Shown: positions 29,682 to 39,321 of the stretch, in pieces
Numbering within the stretch: the first letter of the stretch is position 1
How the letters are laid out: each line of letters starts with the position of its first letter
Assembly: GCA_943788985.1 (NCBI GenBank)
Contig: CALSSJ010000011.1
Coordinates: 32,001 to 96,000 of the forward strand
Length of the DNA stretch: 64,000 nt
Direction: 5' to 3'
Origin: an uncultured Lentisphaerales bacterium
GTDB lineage: Bacteria > Verrucomicrobiota > Lentisphaeria > JABSQK01 > UBA12247
Position numbers and translations under genes: made by a program
The notes under the pieces: generated by a model
Database searches by the model: none
What the model saw: the letters and a program-made list of their open reading frames with translations, nothing else
Told to the model about the DNA's origin: nothing

Positions 29682-31100
29682 ATGAAATCTACGACCTGCA
29701 TCTTTCGGGTACTGGTGGCGGGCAGCATTCGCGCTGGCGAGGTTGGGAGCTATCGACTCGTTGTACAGGCGATTGATACTGCGGAGGACGGCACCCGGTC
29801 GCTGCACCTCGCTGGGTTAACTCTTCAGCCGGATCAATGCGACCATCACAAGTCAATCGTACTAAAAATCACAGGAACATCGCCGGATACCAGGGGCGCG
29901 ATGAGCGACGGAAGCGCTGGGCACGATGTAGTTATCCTGCGTGCGGGCTACTCCCCCTGGGTAGTACTCAACCGTGGCGAAACCAGTCGGGTAAAGCAGG
30001 AAGTTGCCGAGCGCTTGGCAGACTCTGAAGCCAATTTTCCGGCCGGGCACAACGGAGGAACAGCACAGAAATTATGTTCGCTACTTACGGGCAATTCTAA
30101 AGTGGTTTGATGTGACACAGGATGCCCCTGCCTATCTTACGCACAGTCATCTCTTCAGCGGGAAGGAAGGCCGGACAATTTAATTGGCACAGGAAGGGAT
30201 CACGTCCGCTGCGCTTGTAAGAGGGCTCCTCGATCTCGGGCGACAATCTGAAGTCTATGTCGCACCGGCAGACACTTTGAAGGTGAGAGGCCTACTCTAC
30301 GGAACGGCCTGTGGCCGAAAGGCTTCTTAATGCATTCGCACTCTGCGGTACGTGGCTAGTGGCTTTGGACGACATTCCGAGCCCTAAGTCAGGTCATGTG
30401 TTTGGTGCCCATATTGCGCCGGCACAGCACCTCTACCAGCGAAGATGACCGTCGGTGTGAACATGCAATACCATCAGGCGACTGTGACAGAGACACACGC
30501 TGGCGTAAAAGGCTACTTCGGGCAGAGGGGCGGATCGGGCTGGTCGTAGATATCTTTGAGGGCACTGATCAGGCATTTAAGATGACCGCGAATGTCTATG
30601 AATGCGCATCTTGGGGGAAATCAGAGCCCCCGCTCCGCCGGTTGATTACCATTGGCGGCCGTTAGTTAGCTGGCGCTAGTTCGAGAGGCATTCTGGAGAT
30701 AACGGATAAAGTCGCACCAATCTGGCAGGCCAACGACAATCGTCGTTGACGGTGTGCTATTTGCGCTCGCTGAATTAAGAGACAAAAAACATTTATCCTT
30801 GGTCGCGAAGTCTATGAGGCTTCTCTAACAGAACTTTTCGCTTTGAGCTCACGTGCCCAGCCGAACGGTTCGCTAGGCAGTAGCCCCCCAGGAAAACGGT
30901 GCCTACTGGTCTGGAGCGAGGCTGACTGAGCTAAGGTTCCAGTACGGTTTGGATCGTGGATGATGATCGCGCGGTCTGGGGCTAGATCGAGCTGCAACTC
31001 TCTGAGCTCCGAATCTTTAGGATTCAGTTTCGCTGGCCAAGACGGACCTTGAAGCGTCAGCAATGCTGGCAGGTCTGGGCAATAAATGCGCTGGTGAAAT
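29682..31100 (+). pseudogene. Probable heavily decayed gene(s) of unknown family (3' limit approximate)
   Basis: AGGAG RBS and a 142-aa ORF, then protein-like segments in shifting + frames broken by stops (e.g. 'LKWFDVTQDAPAYLTHSHLF', 'VVDGVLFALAELRDKKHL'). Confidence 0.35.
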
Positions 31101-31250
31101 CGGCGATTAACTCGCGGTCGCACTTTCTCGCTGCAGCGGTCTGATGATGATTCCTGGGATTGCACATTGACGTGAGCGCCGCGCACGTATTTTACTGATC
31201 CATCGCTTTTCTCCGCCCGGCGCGGTCGTGCGCCCCTTTCACGAGAGTCC

Positions 31251-32045
31251 ATGTCCCTTCTCCAATCCTTACTCCGCAAGCGATCCCACAAAGGCAAGCG
31301 CCAGGTATTGGTGGAGGGCGCAAGCCACGTGGGCCTGATTCGTCCGCATAATGAGGATAGCTATGTCTACGCCCGGAGCGAGGATGGCCAATCCGTCATG
31401 CTGGGTGTGGCAGACGGCATGGGCGGCCATGAGGGCGGCGAAGTTGCAAGCTTCCTGACTGTTCGGTACCTGCTTGCTGCCTGGAACAGTGCGGACCAGG
31501 AGACCTTTACCTCCAAAGAAAAGATCCGAACCTTTCTGCGCGCAGCCTTGTGCGATGCGAATGAACACGTGTACCAAATCAATTCACGGTTGGACATTCA
31601 ATGGCCCATGGGGACCACGGCGACGATCGCCGTGATGGCGGGCGAGCGCATGGTCATAGCCCACGTCGGGGACAGCCGCTGCTATTGTTTTCGCAGACAC
31701 AAGCTTTTTCAGCTGACCTCGGACCAGACCCTAGTCACGGAGATGATCAAGCGCGGGGGGATGACGCCAGCTGAAGCCGCCATGCATCCGCTCTCACATA
31801 CGCTTACGAACTGCATTGGCACCCAGCACCGTCTGGAGATTGACTTTAAGTTGCAGACCGTGTTGCCCGGGGATCGCTATTTGTTTTGCAGCGACGGCCT
31901 GTCGTCACTTGTCGGGCCGAAGGAGCTATGCCGGACTGGATTCGAGGCAAAAGCGCCTGCAGACGCGGTCTCACGGATGATTGCCCATGCCCTCGAAGGC
32001 GGCGGGACTGACAATATCACAGCAGTCTGCATGTTCGTCGATTAA
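31251..32045 (+). CDS. PP2C/PPM-family Ser/Thr protein phosphatase
   Basis: 'GLIRPHNEDS', 'VADGMGGHEGGEVAS', 'MGTT', 'HVGDSRCY', 'CSDGL', 'GGTDNIT'. Confidence 0.95.
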   Translation: MSLLQSLLRKRSHKGKRQVLVEGASHVGLIRPHNEDSYVYARSEDGQSVMLGVADGMGGHEGGEVASFLTVRYLLAAWNSADQETFTSKEKIRTFLRAALCDANEHVYQINSRLDIQWPMGTTATIAVMAGERMVIAHVGDSRCYCFRRHKLFQLTSDQTLVTEMIKRGGMTPAEAAMHPLSHTLTNCIGTQHRLEIDFKLQTVLPGDRYLFCSDGLSSLVGPKELCRTGFEAKAPADAVSRMIAHALEGGGTDNITAVCMFVD

Positions 32046-32141
32046 AACTTCCCTAGCGCCTTCGCGATAGACGAAGGCCACTCGCGTTTACCCCCCAGTA
32101 CACAGCTGCTACCTACTTCTCCTCCTTCACGCTGTCCCCCT

Positions 32142-34424
32142 ATGCGATTTCAATGCTTTTTCTGTTTCCACATTAACCGAACGTCCTCGGACTCGGTCGT
32201 GAAGTCTGTGGTCTGTGAGAACTGCCGGAAGCAGGTGAAGGTACCCGCCGACAATCTCAAAGCTGGGTGCGTGATCGGCGACTTCTCGATCGAAAAGGAG
32301 ATTGGCGCTGGCGGGATGGCGCGCGTGTTTCTGGCTCGACAACTCAGTCTGGATCGCCCCGTCGCCCTGAAGGTCTTGAATCAGGAATACGCACAGAACA
32401 AAACCTACGCAGATCATTTCCTGACTGAAGCCAAATCCGCAGCCCGGCTGAATCATCCCAATATCGTCCAGGCCCATGCATTCGGCACTGATGATGGCCA
32501 CCTGTACTACGCGATGGAGTACGTGGATGGAGACACCTTGAGTGGGCAGATCAACACCGAGACACGGATGGAGCTGGATCGTGCCTTAAATGTGACGCAA
32601 CAAGTTGCAGAGGGGTTGCATGCTGCCTGGACGGAAGAGCGGTTAATTCACCGTGACGTGAAGCCGGAGAATATTATCATCCTCGAAGACGGCAGTGCCA
32701 AGGTCATGGATCTTGGGATCGCTGTGCGGGCGACGGAGGCCAGTCAGGCATCTGTTTGTGGTACCCCAGCCTACATGGCACCCGAGCAGTTTCGCGTCGG
32801 AGATCTCGACTGTCGGACGGACATCTATTCACTTGGGACGACGCTGTATCATGCGATCATCGGCTATCCGCCCTTTTCAAGTTCGTCTAGTAGCCAACTC
32901 GCACAGATGCATGCCACTGCCTCCGTTCTTTTCCCGGATTCTGACGTCTTATTTGTGCCGGAGCGAGCCCGGCGATTGGTGACGCGCATGATGGCGAAGC
33001 ATCGAAATGACCGTTTTGCAGACTACGAGGAACTCCTGGACGAGATCGTAGACATCCGCCGCCGTCTGGCACCGGTGGCTGCATCTATTCCGAGCGTTCA
33101 CACTGTTTCCATCGGCAAGTTTCGGCTGCCGGCCGACGTGGGCAGTCCAGAAACCATCGTGCGGCGTCGTGAACGGAACCAGATGGAGGTTGCAGAGGCC
33201 CGCCGACAAGCAATTTTCCGCGCCGAGTATGCCACGACCCATGAACAGCAGCCCGTGCTTTCGACCGCACATTTAGCGGTGATCACCCTTTTGCTGAGTG
33301 CGGCCGTAGCCGTTCTTGCTGGCTTAATATGGCAGCGAAACGCCCAGCCCACCGCCTACTCGCTCTTGCTGCAAACAGTGATTGACCAGCACGACTCGCT
33401 GCCCCCAGACGAGTTTATCGCTGAAGCACAGCAGGTCGTCACTCCGCCCGCGGGCAGGAGTCTTCGCAGGCATGAGCGCGACCTGTTGTGGGGGGTGCGC
33501 ACTCGTCTTGGAGACGCCCGAGAAGCAGGCTTGCGCCAGGCTGAAGTCAATCATCGGGTGAAGGTTGCCGAAGCAGAGCAGTTGCTCGCGCAAGTAAGTG
33601 CTGCACAGGCGCAGCTAAATGAGTCACGACTAGCCGCTGAGGCTCACGTGAAAGCCCTTGAGGTGCAAGCCGCCGAGGTTGCCGAACTCACCGAGACGCT
33701 CGCCTTGCAACGCGAAGAGCAGGAATCAATTAGCGCCGCGCTTTCCGGGCTTCACGAGGAACTTGCGGCAGCGGAGCAGAGCTACGAGGCACTTCTTTTC
33801 CTGGAGCTGTCCGTCGCCTTTCGAGCAGGCAGTGCCACATCCGCAAAGCGCCTGCTGCAGCCCCGGGAGATCGATTCTGAGGCAATATTGGGCTTGAAGC
33901 AACGTCTGACCGAGGGACTGCGCGCCGCGGCGCTGGTGACAACGGCATTTGCGCAGGCCCGCAACAGCATGCCGGGCAGCATCACCGAGCTTGGCACGCT
34001 CCTCGAACTGGATGGCAGAACCCTTGTTTTCGAAGGCGCTGCCGTGGGAGACGACGCTGAGGCTGTGCTCGTGCGCCGAACGCTGAGCGCGCTTCCCGCA
34101 GGGGTCGTCCTCGACCTGGCACGCTCAGGCAACACCTATCTTGACGAAGAAGAAGATTGGATATTTGCCTATCATTGGGGAGATTTGCGGACCGCATACT
34201 TATTGGCTCCAGAGGATGATGAGGCTGCGCTTATTGATCTTTCTGAGCGCTGCTTTGCGGCTGAATTGCGCAGTGCGCGCCAGCTCGCTCTGGCCGGTGC
34301 CAGCCGCTCTTTGAGGGCGCTGATCCACAACGCAAGCCATCGCTATTCTCGCGAGCAACTCGAGCAATTGCAGGAGTTGCTCGCGCTTACTGTGCCGGGC
34401 GAGATCGAGCAGACACCCGAGTGA
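32142..34424 (+). CDS. Hanks-type Ser/Thr kinase with N-terminal zinc ribbon, one TM helix and a C-terminal coiled-coil region
   Basis: CFFC...CENC; 'IGAGGMARV', 'VALK', 'HRDVKPEN', 'DLG', 'GTPAYMAPE'; TM 'LAVITLLLSAAVAVLAGLIW'. Confidence 0.93.
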   Translation: MRFQCFFCFHINRTSSDSVVKSVVCENCRKQVKVPADNLKAGCVIGDFSIEKEIGAGGMARVFLARQLSLDRPVALKVLNQEYAQNKTYADHFLTEAKSAARLNHPNIVQAHAFGTDDGHLYYAMEYVDGDTLSGQINTETRMELDRALNVTQQVAEGLHAAWTEERLIHRDVKPENIIILEDGSAKVMDLGIAVRATEASQASVCGTPAYMAPEQFRVGDLDCRTDIYSLGTTLYHAIIGYPPFSSSSSSQLAQMHATASVLFPDSDVLFVPERARRLVTRMMAKHRNDRFADYEELLDEIVDIRRRLAPVAASIPSVHTVSIGKFRLPADVGSPETIVRRRERNQMEVAEARRQAIFRAEYATTHEQQPVLSTAHLAVITLLLSAAVAVLAGLIWQRNAQPTAYSLLLQTVIDQHDSLPPDEFIAEAQQVVTPPAGRSLRRHERDLLWGVRTRLGDAREAGLRQAEVNHRVKVAEAEQLLAQVSAAQAQLNESRLAAEAHVKALEVQAAEVAELTETLALQREEQESISAALSGLHEELAAAEQSYEALLFLELSVAFRAGSATSAKRLLQPREIDSEAILGLKQRLTEGLRAAALVTTAFAQARNSMPGSITELGTLLELDGRTLVFEGAAVGDDAEAVLVRRTLSALPAGVVLDLARSGNTYLDEEEDWIFAYHWGDLRTAYLLAPEDDEAALIDLSERCFAAELRSARQLALAGASRSLRALIHNASHRYSREQLEQLQELLALTVPGEIEQTPE

Positions 34425-34684
34425 GGAAGTTCGCTGCTAGGAGCTAAAACAAGGCCGGTCGGCTTCTGGCGAATGATTATTCAGGCCGGCAGGCAGGAAA
34501 TGCAGTGAGCTACCTCACGGAATCGAGTCGCCCGTCCTTCGCGTACCGGCTCGGGAGTTCCGTCTTGCAGGAACGCTCATAGATGCTATCTTTCCTAGCT
34601 AGAAATTGGAGTGGATGCCGTGACCTAGGTCTGCGTGCGCGCTCCAAGACCGTTGATAGCCTATTGACCCGCAGGAGAAAATAA

Positions 34685-37600
34685 ATGTTGCATCACATAG
34701 TGAGAATTGGCGCCTGTGTCGCCCTGCTCAGCCTCGGGCTGCCAGCGCAGGAAGGCGAGGAAGACGCGACGAGACTTGAAGCTACCGAAGTACAAGCCGA
34801 AGCCCGCAGCTTGAGCCAAGAGCTTGAAGACGCCGGGACGCCGCCTCCAACGCTGCGCGAAATCGTGGACGAAGCACGCCGCAAGCAGCAGGATGGTGGA
34901 ATTCTGTTGACCAAAAACCGTTTCGCGGATTCCGCAAGCGCCTTCCGCCAGTCAGCCGAAATGTACCGCACCATCCTGAATGACCTCCCCCTCCACCGCG
35001 AGTGGCAGCGCCTCGAGAAGCGTGTCGACCGAGCTCGGATGCTGGCTGTTGGTGCGGGTGGACCCGAGCTCGAACAGGCGACTAACGCCCTCGGCAAAGC
35101 CCGCGACCTATTTCAGGCTGGCCATCGTGACGATTCGTTGCAGGCGCTCGAGGCCTCAGCCCGGCTCTACGAAGCGCTCGGCCCTGATCACGAAGCTGCT
35201 TCGGTAGATCGCACCATGGCTGCGAAGAAGCGCATGGATATTGCCAAGGAGAAGGTCGTCCGTCTGGATAGCTATGACGTTTCCAACGATCACCGCGTCC
35301 AGAAAAACGGCTCGCTGCTATTCTTTCTGCATCGTGCACAGATTAGCGACCAGTCGGCCAGCGACGCCCTCATTGAGCGGCAGCAAAGTGAAGCTGAGGC
35401 ATTGTATACAGCAGCAGCAAACCAGTACATGCGAGCAGCGGCTCTGCAGGAGAAGCAACGCTTGATTCGTGCGGCAATTGAGTCCACCGAGAAGGCCCAC
35501 CAGAAGGCTGTTGAAACTTTACAGGAGGGAAAAAACTCTAATTCGCTTCAGCGCGGCACGCAGGCTCTCGACAATGCACGAGAGATCGCCAATGATGCTG
35601 CGACCAAGGAAGAACTGGAAATGGCCGAGCGCATGATCGACGAAGCCAAACAGGACTTCGCCAAGACCATCGCCACCGCTCAAATGGCATTTCTCCAGGA
35701 TGCCCGTAAGTCATACCGTGCAGCCCTGGCCCGCACCGACGAGGCACTGCTGAAGCAGCATGCTAATTACGAGTACGATGGCGCACTTGCGCTGGCTCGC
35801 CATGGTGAGGAAATGGCCGCCGATGCAGAATTTGAAGACGCCATTGCAGCAGTCAGCCGTGCTGGTGAGGCGCTCGACCGAGCCACAGAGTTGGCCGTGG
35901 CTAACCGCAAGAAACACGAAGCCGATGTGGCGTTGGTCAGTTCCCGTCTGGAGCGCGCACTTGCCGATGGAAATCGCAATGGCGCTGAGCTGTCCTTGGC
36001 AGAGCTCGAGAATCTCCTTGGCTCTAACCACCGCCAGGTCGGGACCTACCGCATGAGCGTCGCTTCACTGGTGCAGCCGAATCCCGAAGATGCCTTTGAC
36101 ATCTCCACACTTGCTGGCGCTCGGGAAGCTTGGGAAGCGGTGCTGGGCAGAGTCGATCACGAAGGGCTGACCATGCGCGCTGCAATGGCTCTCGCAGATT
36201 CCAAGACCGCAGCGGCCAATGCCAAGTCCAAGGCATTGGTGGGCGAAGAAGAAGTCGCCGCTCGGATGTACAATCAAGCTCGCGAGTCACTTAGCCGCGC
36301 GGTCGTCGAGTCGCGGATGCGCGGCGCTGAGCCCGTCATCGCGCAGCTGGAGCATGCCCTCGAGGCCAAAGACCCTATGGCGGCCCAGTCCTTTTTAAAC
36401 AAGGTCGCCGCCTTGATCCCCAACGACCCCCGGCTTGTCGATTGCCGCGTGCGCGTCGCCCTGTTAGCTAGCGCCATCGGCGAGGAGGCCGTCATGGCAC
36501 CTGAGCCTCAGACTCCCCGAGCCCGCGTAGAGAGTTTTGAAGCCCCTCCAGCCTCCGGCTTGGTAGCCGCTGTCTCTGGCGACCGGGAGGCATCCCTGAG
36601 CACGCAGGACTTGGCAGATTCCGAGCGAATGATCGCTGCCGCCGCTGATCTGCTTGCCGAGACGGAAGCCGCTGGCGCCGTAGTTGCGGAGCCCGCAAAC
36701 ATTTCGGGTGCCTTGGCCAGTGCCGTGACTGACTCCGAAGGCAACATCTTGCTGACTGCAGACGACTTGGTCATGCACGGTGCTACCTTGCTGGATGCAG
36801 TTAATGCCCGCACCGATGCCACGATCCTGCGGCGTCGCGCCAATGACCTAGAGCCGAAAGTCCGTGAAGTTATGGCCCGCCATCTGTCGAATGCCGAAAT
36901 GCGCATGCGCGACGGTACCAAGCAACTCACACGCGAGCTTTATCCGGAAGCCGTGCAAGCATATCACGATGCATCTGCTTATTATCGTGGAGTGCTCGAC
37001 AGCGGCGATGTCCTAGACAGGCTCTCCCAGGCTCAGGATGAAGTTGAGCGCGGTAGCATGATTGGCAGTATCTTTACGGATGTCTCCACCCTGTCACAGG
37101 CTCAGCGCCATGAACACAACGCGCAGGGCTACATCGCTGCGGGTGAGTTGGAAACGGCGATCGAAGAGTTGGGCCGGGCACGTGACATCTACCAGGCCTA
37201 TGTTCCCTTCGAGTCCAAGGCATCTTTGGAAGAAGCTGTCGCCGCCCGGACGTCCATGTTACAGGTACGCGCACAGTTTCCCCAGTTGCCCGACTCAGAG
37301 CTCCCCAAGCATCATCACGAGCGCTCCATCCGCCAGTCCCTGTGGGAGCTCGCTGTGCTTCGCAATAGCACATCGGTGAAGCTGACCCGTGATGCTCGCA
37401 AGGGGCGGTTGCTCAACCACGCCCAGCAGACCGAGCGCACAGCGAACCGGGCCCTGTGGGAACATCGCTACGCGCTGGCAAAGTCTCTCTACATCAGCAC
37501 TGCCGAGCTGTACCACAAGGCCCACAACCTGGCTGAGCGCGGCGCTCCACTACGTGCTCATTCGGCCGATGTCTCAGCATCGCCGGCCCCAGCCCATGTT

Positions 37601-39259
37601 TTTCACGGTGCGCGCCTGTACCGAGTGCCGACACCTTTAGCCCCAGACGCAAGTCCACGGGCAGAGCTGGCCGGAGCTACGGATATGCTGAAACCCACGC
37701 AGTTTCTGAAGCGCGTGGGAGAGCCGGAGTCTCTACCGCGGGCGCGAGCCATTACGCTTCGCGCTAGCCATGCACCGTCGCGCCGCGCCACGCCTCCAGC
37801 CCCTGCTGTCACGGCACGCCCGATCTCGACGCCAGCCGTGCTCAGCCCGTCCTCAGCGACACCTGCTCCGCGTCGTATCCCAGCAATGGAAAACGAGATT
37901 GTGCCGACCGAGGCGGACATTGCCGTTGAAGAAACTGTCGAAGTCCCCGAGCTGAGCAGCCAAGATCAACCTCTCGTCACCGACTTGGTGAGGGCCCGCG
38001 AGAATTTGGCAAAGTCGCGAATTTATTTCCAGGCAGACTGGCTGTCGAATCTCGATCGCGAGGATGAGCTTGCCAAGCTGCGCCAGGCATCGATTGAGAT
38101 GATGGCTGAAGCTGAGGATAGCTTCTCTGAGCTGCAGAATTATCCAGAAGCGTTCGATCGCGGACTGCGCGCTCTGGAGTTAGCCCAGAATGCTGCCGAC
38201 AATGATCTCTACCACACCGCTAAGCGCGAGCTGGTGCGAGCGACTGAGCTGTTCGAATACGCCCGGAACGAGGCAGAGCGTTTGGCAGCGATGCGCTCGG
38301 CACAGCATCTGACCGCTCCCGGAAGCAAGGTCCTGCCTATTGCCCATCGTGTGCAGGCAGTACTGGAGCATTATCTGACCCGCCAGCAGCGGACCATCAT
38401 TGCGCCGTTGATTCTCAAGCTTGAGCATGCCTTCGCGATTCAGGACGGCCTGCGCGCGGAGGCGATAGTGGATGAGTTGGAGGCACTGCTTCCAGATGGA
38501 CCGGTTCTGGCAGAGCTACGCGCACTGTCCGCTGACCTGCCGCGTCCCAAGAAGTACCTAACTCTCGACTTGGGCAACGACGTGGAAATGGAGTTTGTGT
38601 TGATTCGTCCCGGGGCGTTCGTCATGGAATTTGACACCGAAGACGGCATCAAGAAACGCAAGATTCGCGTCGATGCGCCCTACTACATTGGCCGCTTCGA
38701 GGTCACCCAAGCCCAATGGGAAGCAGTCATGGGCTACAACCCCAGCGCGTACGTAGATCCGCAGAACCCGGTAGAGAACGTCAGCTGGGAAGAAATTCAG
38801 GTCTTCATGGGCCGGCTTCGCGAGATGTATTGGTACCTCCGCATTGCGTTGCCTACCGAGCAGCAGTGGGAGTATGCCTGTCGTGCTGGCAGCACGGACC
38901 GTTTCTCCTTTGGCAAAGATACGAACATGCTGGAAGACTTCGCTTGGTATCGCGGAAACTCCAATGGGATTCCCCAGCAGATTGGCAAGAAGAAGCCGAA
39001 CGCTTGGGGGCTCTATGATATGCACGGAAACGTCCGTGAGTGGTGTGCGAACTGGTACACACCGCCTGCACGTGAGAGTGTCGCTGTCGCGGAGACCACG
39101 AGCTTGGACTACGTAGCAACGCGTGGTGGTAGCTTCCGAAATCCAGCGATGTATACTGCTGCTGGTAACCGCTACCGGCTGGCTCCAGACCAGGCGAACA
39201 GCCACGTGGGCTTTCGCGTCTCGCTCATTCGCGAGTCCGGTGTTGCCGCCACCCGCTGA
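34685..39259 (+). CDS. Secreted 1524-aa helical-repeat protein with C-terminal FGE-sulfatase (SUMF1-like) domain
   Basis: AGGAG RBS and signal peptide; 'FEVTQAQW', 'PVENVSW', 'LPTEQQWEYACRAG', 'PNAWGLYDMHGNVREWC', 'RGGSF', 'VGFRV'. Confidence 0.9.
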   Translation: MLHHIVRIGACVALLSLGLPAQEGEEDATRLEATEVQAEARSLSQELEDAGTPPPTLREIVDEARRKQQDGGILLTKNRFADSASAFRQSAEMYRTILNDLPLHREWQRLEKRVDRARMLAVGAGGPELEQATNALGKARDLFQAGHRDDSLQALEASARLYEALGPDHEAASVDRTMAAKKRMDIAKEKVVRLDSYDVSNDHRVQKNGSLLFFLHRAQISDQSASDALIERQQSEAEALYTAAANQYMRAAALQEKQRLIRAAIESTEKAHQKAVETLQEGKNSNSLQRGTQALDNAREIANDAATKEELEMAERMIDEAKQDFAKTIATAQMAFLQDARKSYRAALARTDEALLKQHANYEYDGALALARHGEEMAADAEFEDAIAAVSRAGEALDRATELAVANRKKHEADVALVSSRLERALADGNRNGAELSLAELENLLGSNHRQVGTYRMSVASLVQPNPEDAFDISTLAGAREAWEAVLGRVDHEGLTMRAAMALADSKTAAANAKSKALVGEEEVAARMYNQARESLSRAVVESRMRGAEPVIAQLEHALEAKDPMAAQSFLNKVAALIPNDPRLVDCRVRVALLASAIGEEAVMAPEPQTPRARVESFEAPPASGLVAAVSGDREASLSTQDLADSERMIAAAADLLAETEAAGAVVAEPANISGALASAVTDSEGNILLTADDLVMHGATLLDAVNARTDATILRRRANDLEPKVREVMARHLSNAEMRMRDGTKQLTRELYPEAVQAYHDASAYYRGVLDSGDVLDRLSQAQDEVERGSMIGSIFTDVSTLSQAQRHEHNAQGYIAAGELETAIEELGRARDIYQAYVPFESKASLEEAVAARTSMLQVRAQFPQLPDSELPKHHHERSIRQSLWELAVLRNSTSVKLTRDARKGRLLNHAQQTERTANRALWEHRYALAKSLYISTAELYHKAHNLAERGAPLRAHSADVSASPAPAHVFHGARLYRVPTPLAPDASPRAELAGATDMLKPTQFLKRVGEPESLPRARAITLRASHAPSRRATPPAPAVTARPISTPAVLSPSSATPAPRRIPAMENEIVPTEADIAVEETVEVPELSSQDQPLVTDLVRARENLAKSRIYFQADWLSNLDREDELAKLRQASIEMMAEAEDSFSELQNYPEAFDRGLRALELAQNAADNDLYHTAKRELVRATELFEYARNEAERLAAMRSAQHLTAPGSKVLPIAHRVQAVLEHYLTRQQRTIIAPLILKLEHAFAIQDGLRAEAIVDELEALLPDGPVLAELRALSADLPRPKKYLTLDLGNDVEMEFVLIRPGAFVMEFDTEDGIKKRKIRVDAPYYIGRFEVTQAQWEAVMGYNPSAYVDPQNPVENVSWEEIQVFMGRLREMYWYLRIALPTEQQWEYACRAGSTDRFSFGKDTNMLEDFAWYRGNSNGIPQQIGKKKPNAWGLYDMHGNVREWCANWYTPPARESVAVAETTSLDYVATRGGSFRNPAMYTAAGNRYRLAPDQANSHVGFRVSLIRESGVAATR

Positions 39260-39321
39260 GTCGGACCCTCACTTCGTCATTCACTGCCCAACTGTGGGCA
39301 TGACCCTTTTATGAGGCGGCC

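Noticed and set aside
39100..39259. DGR variable region at the FGE-domain C-terminus
   Set aside because: No template repeat or reverse transcriptase is visible in the window.
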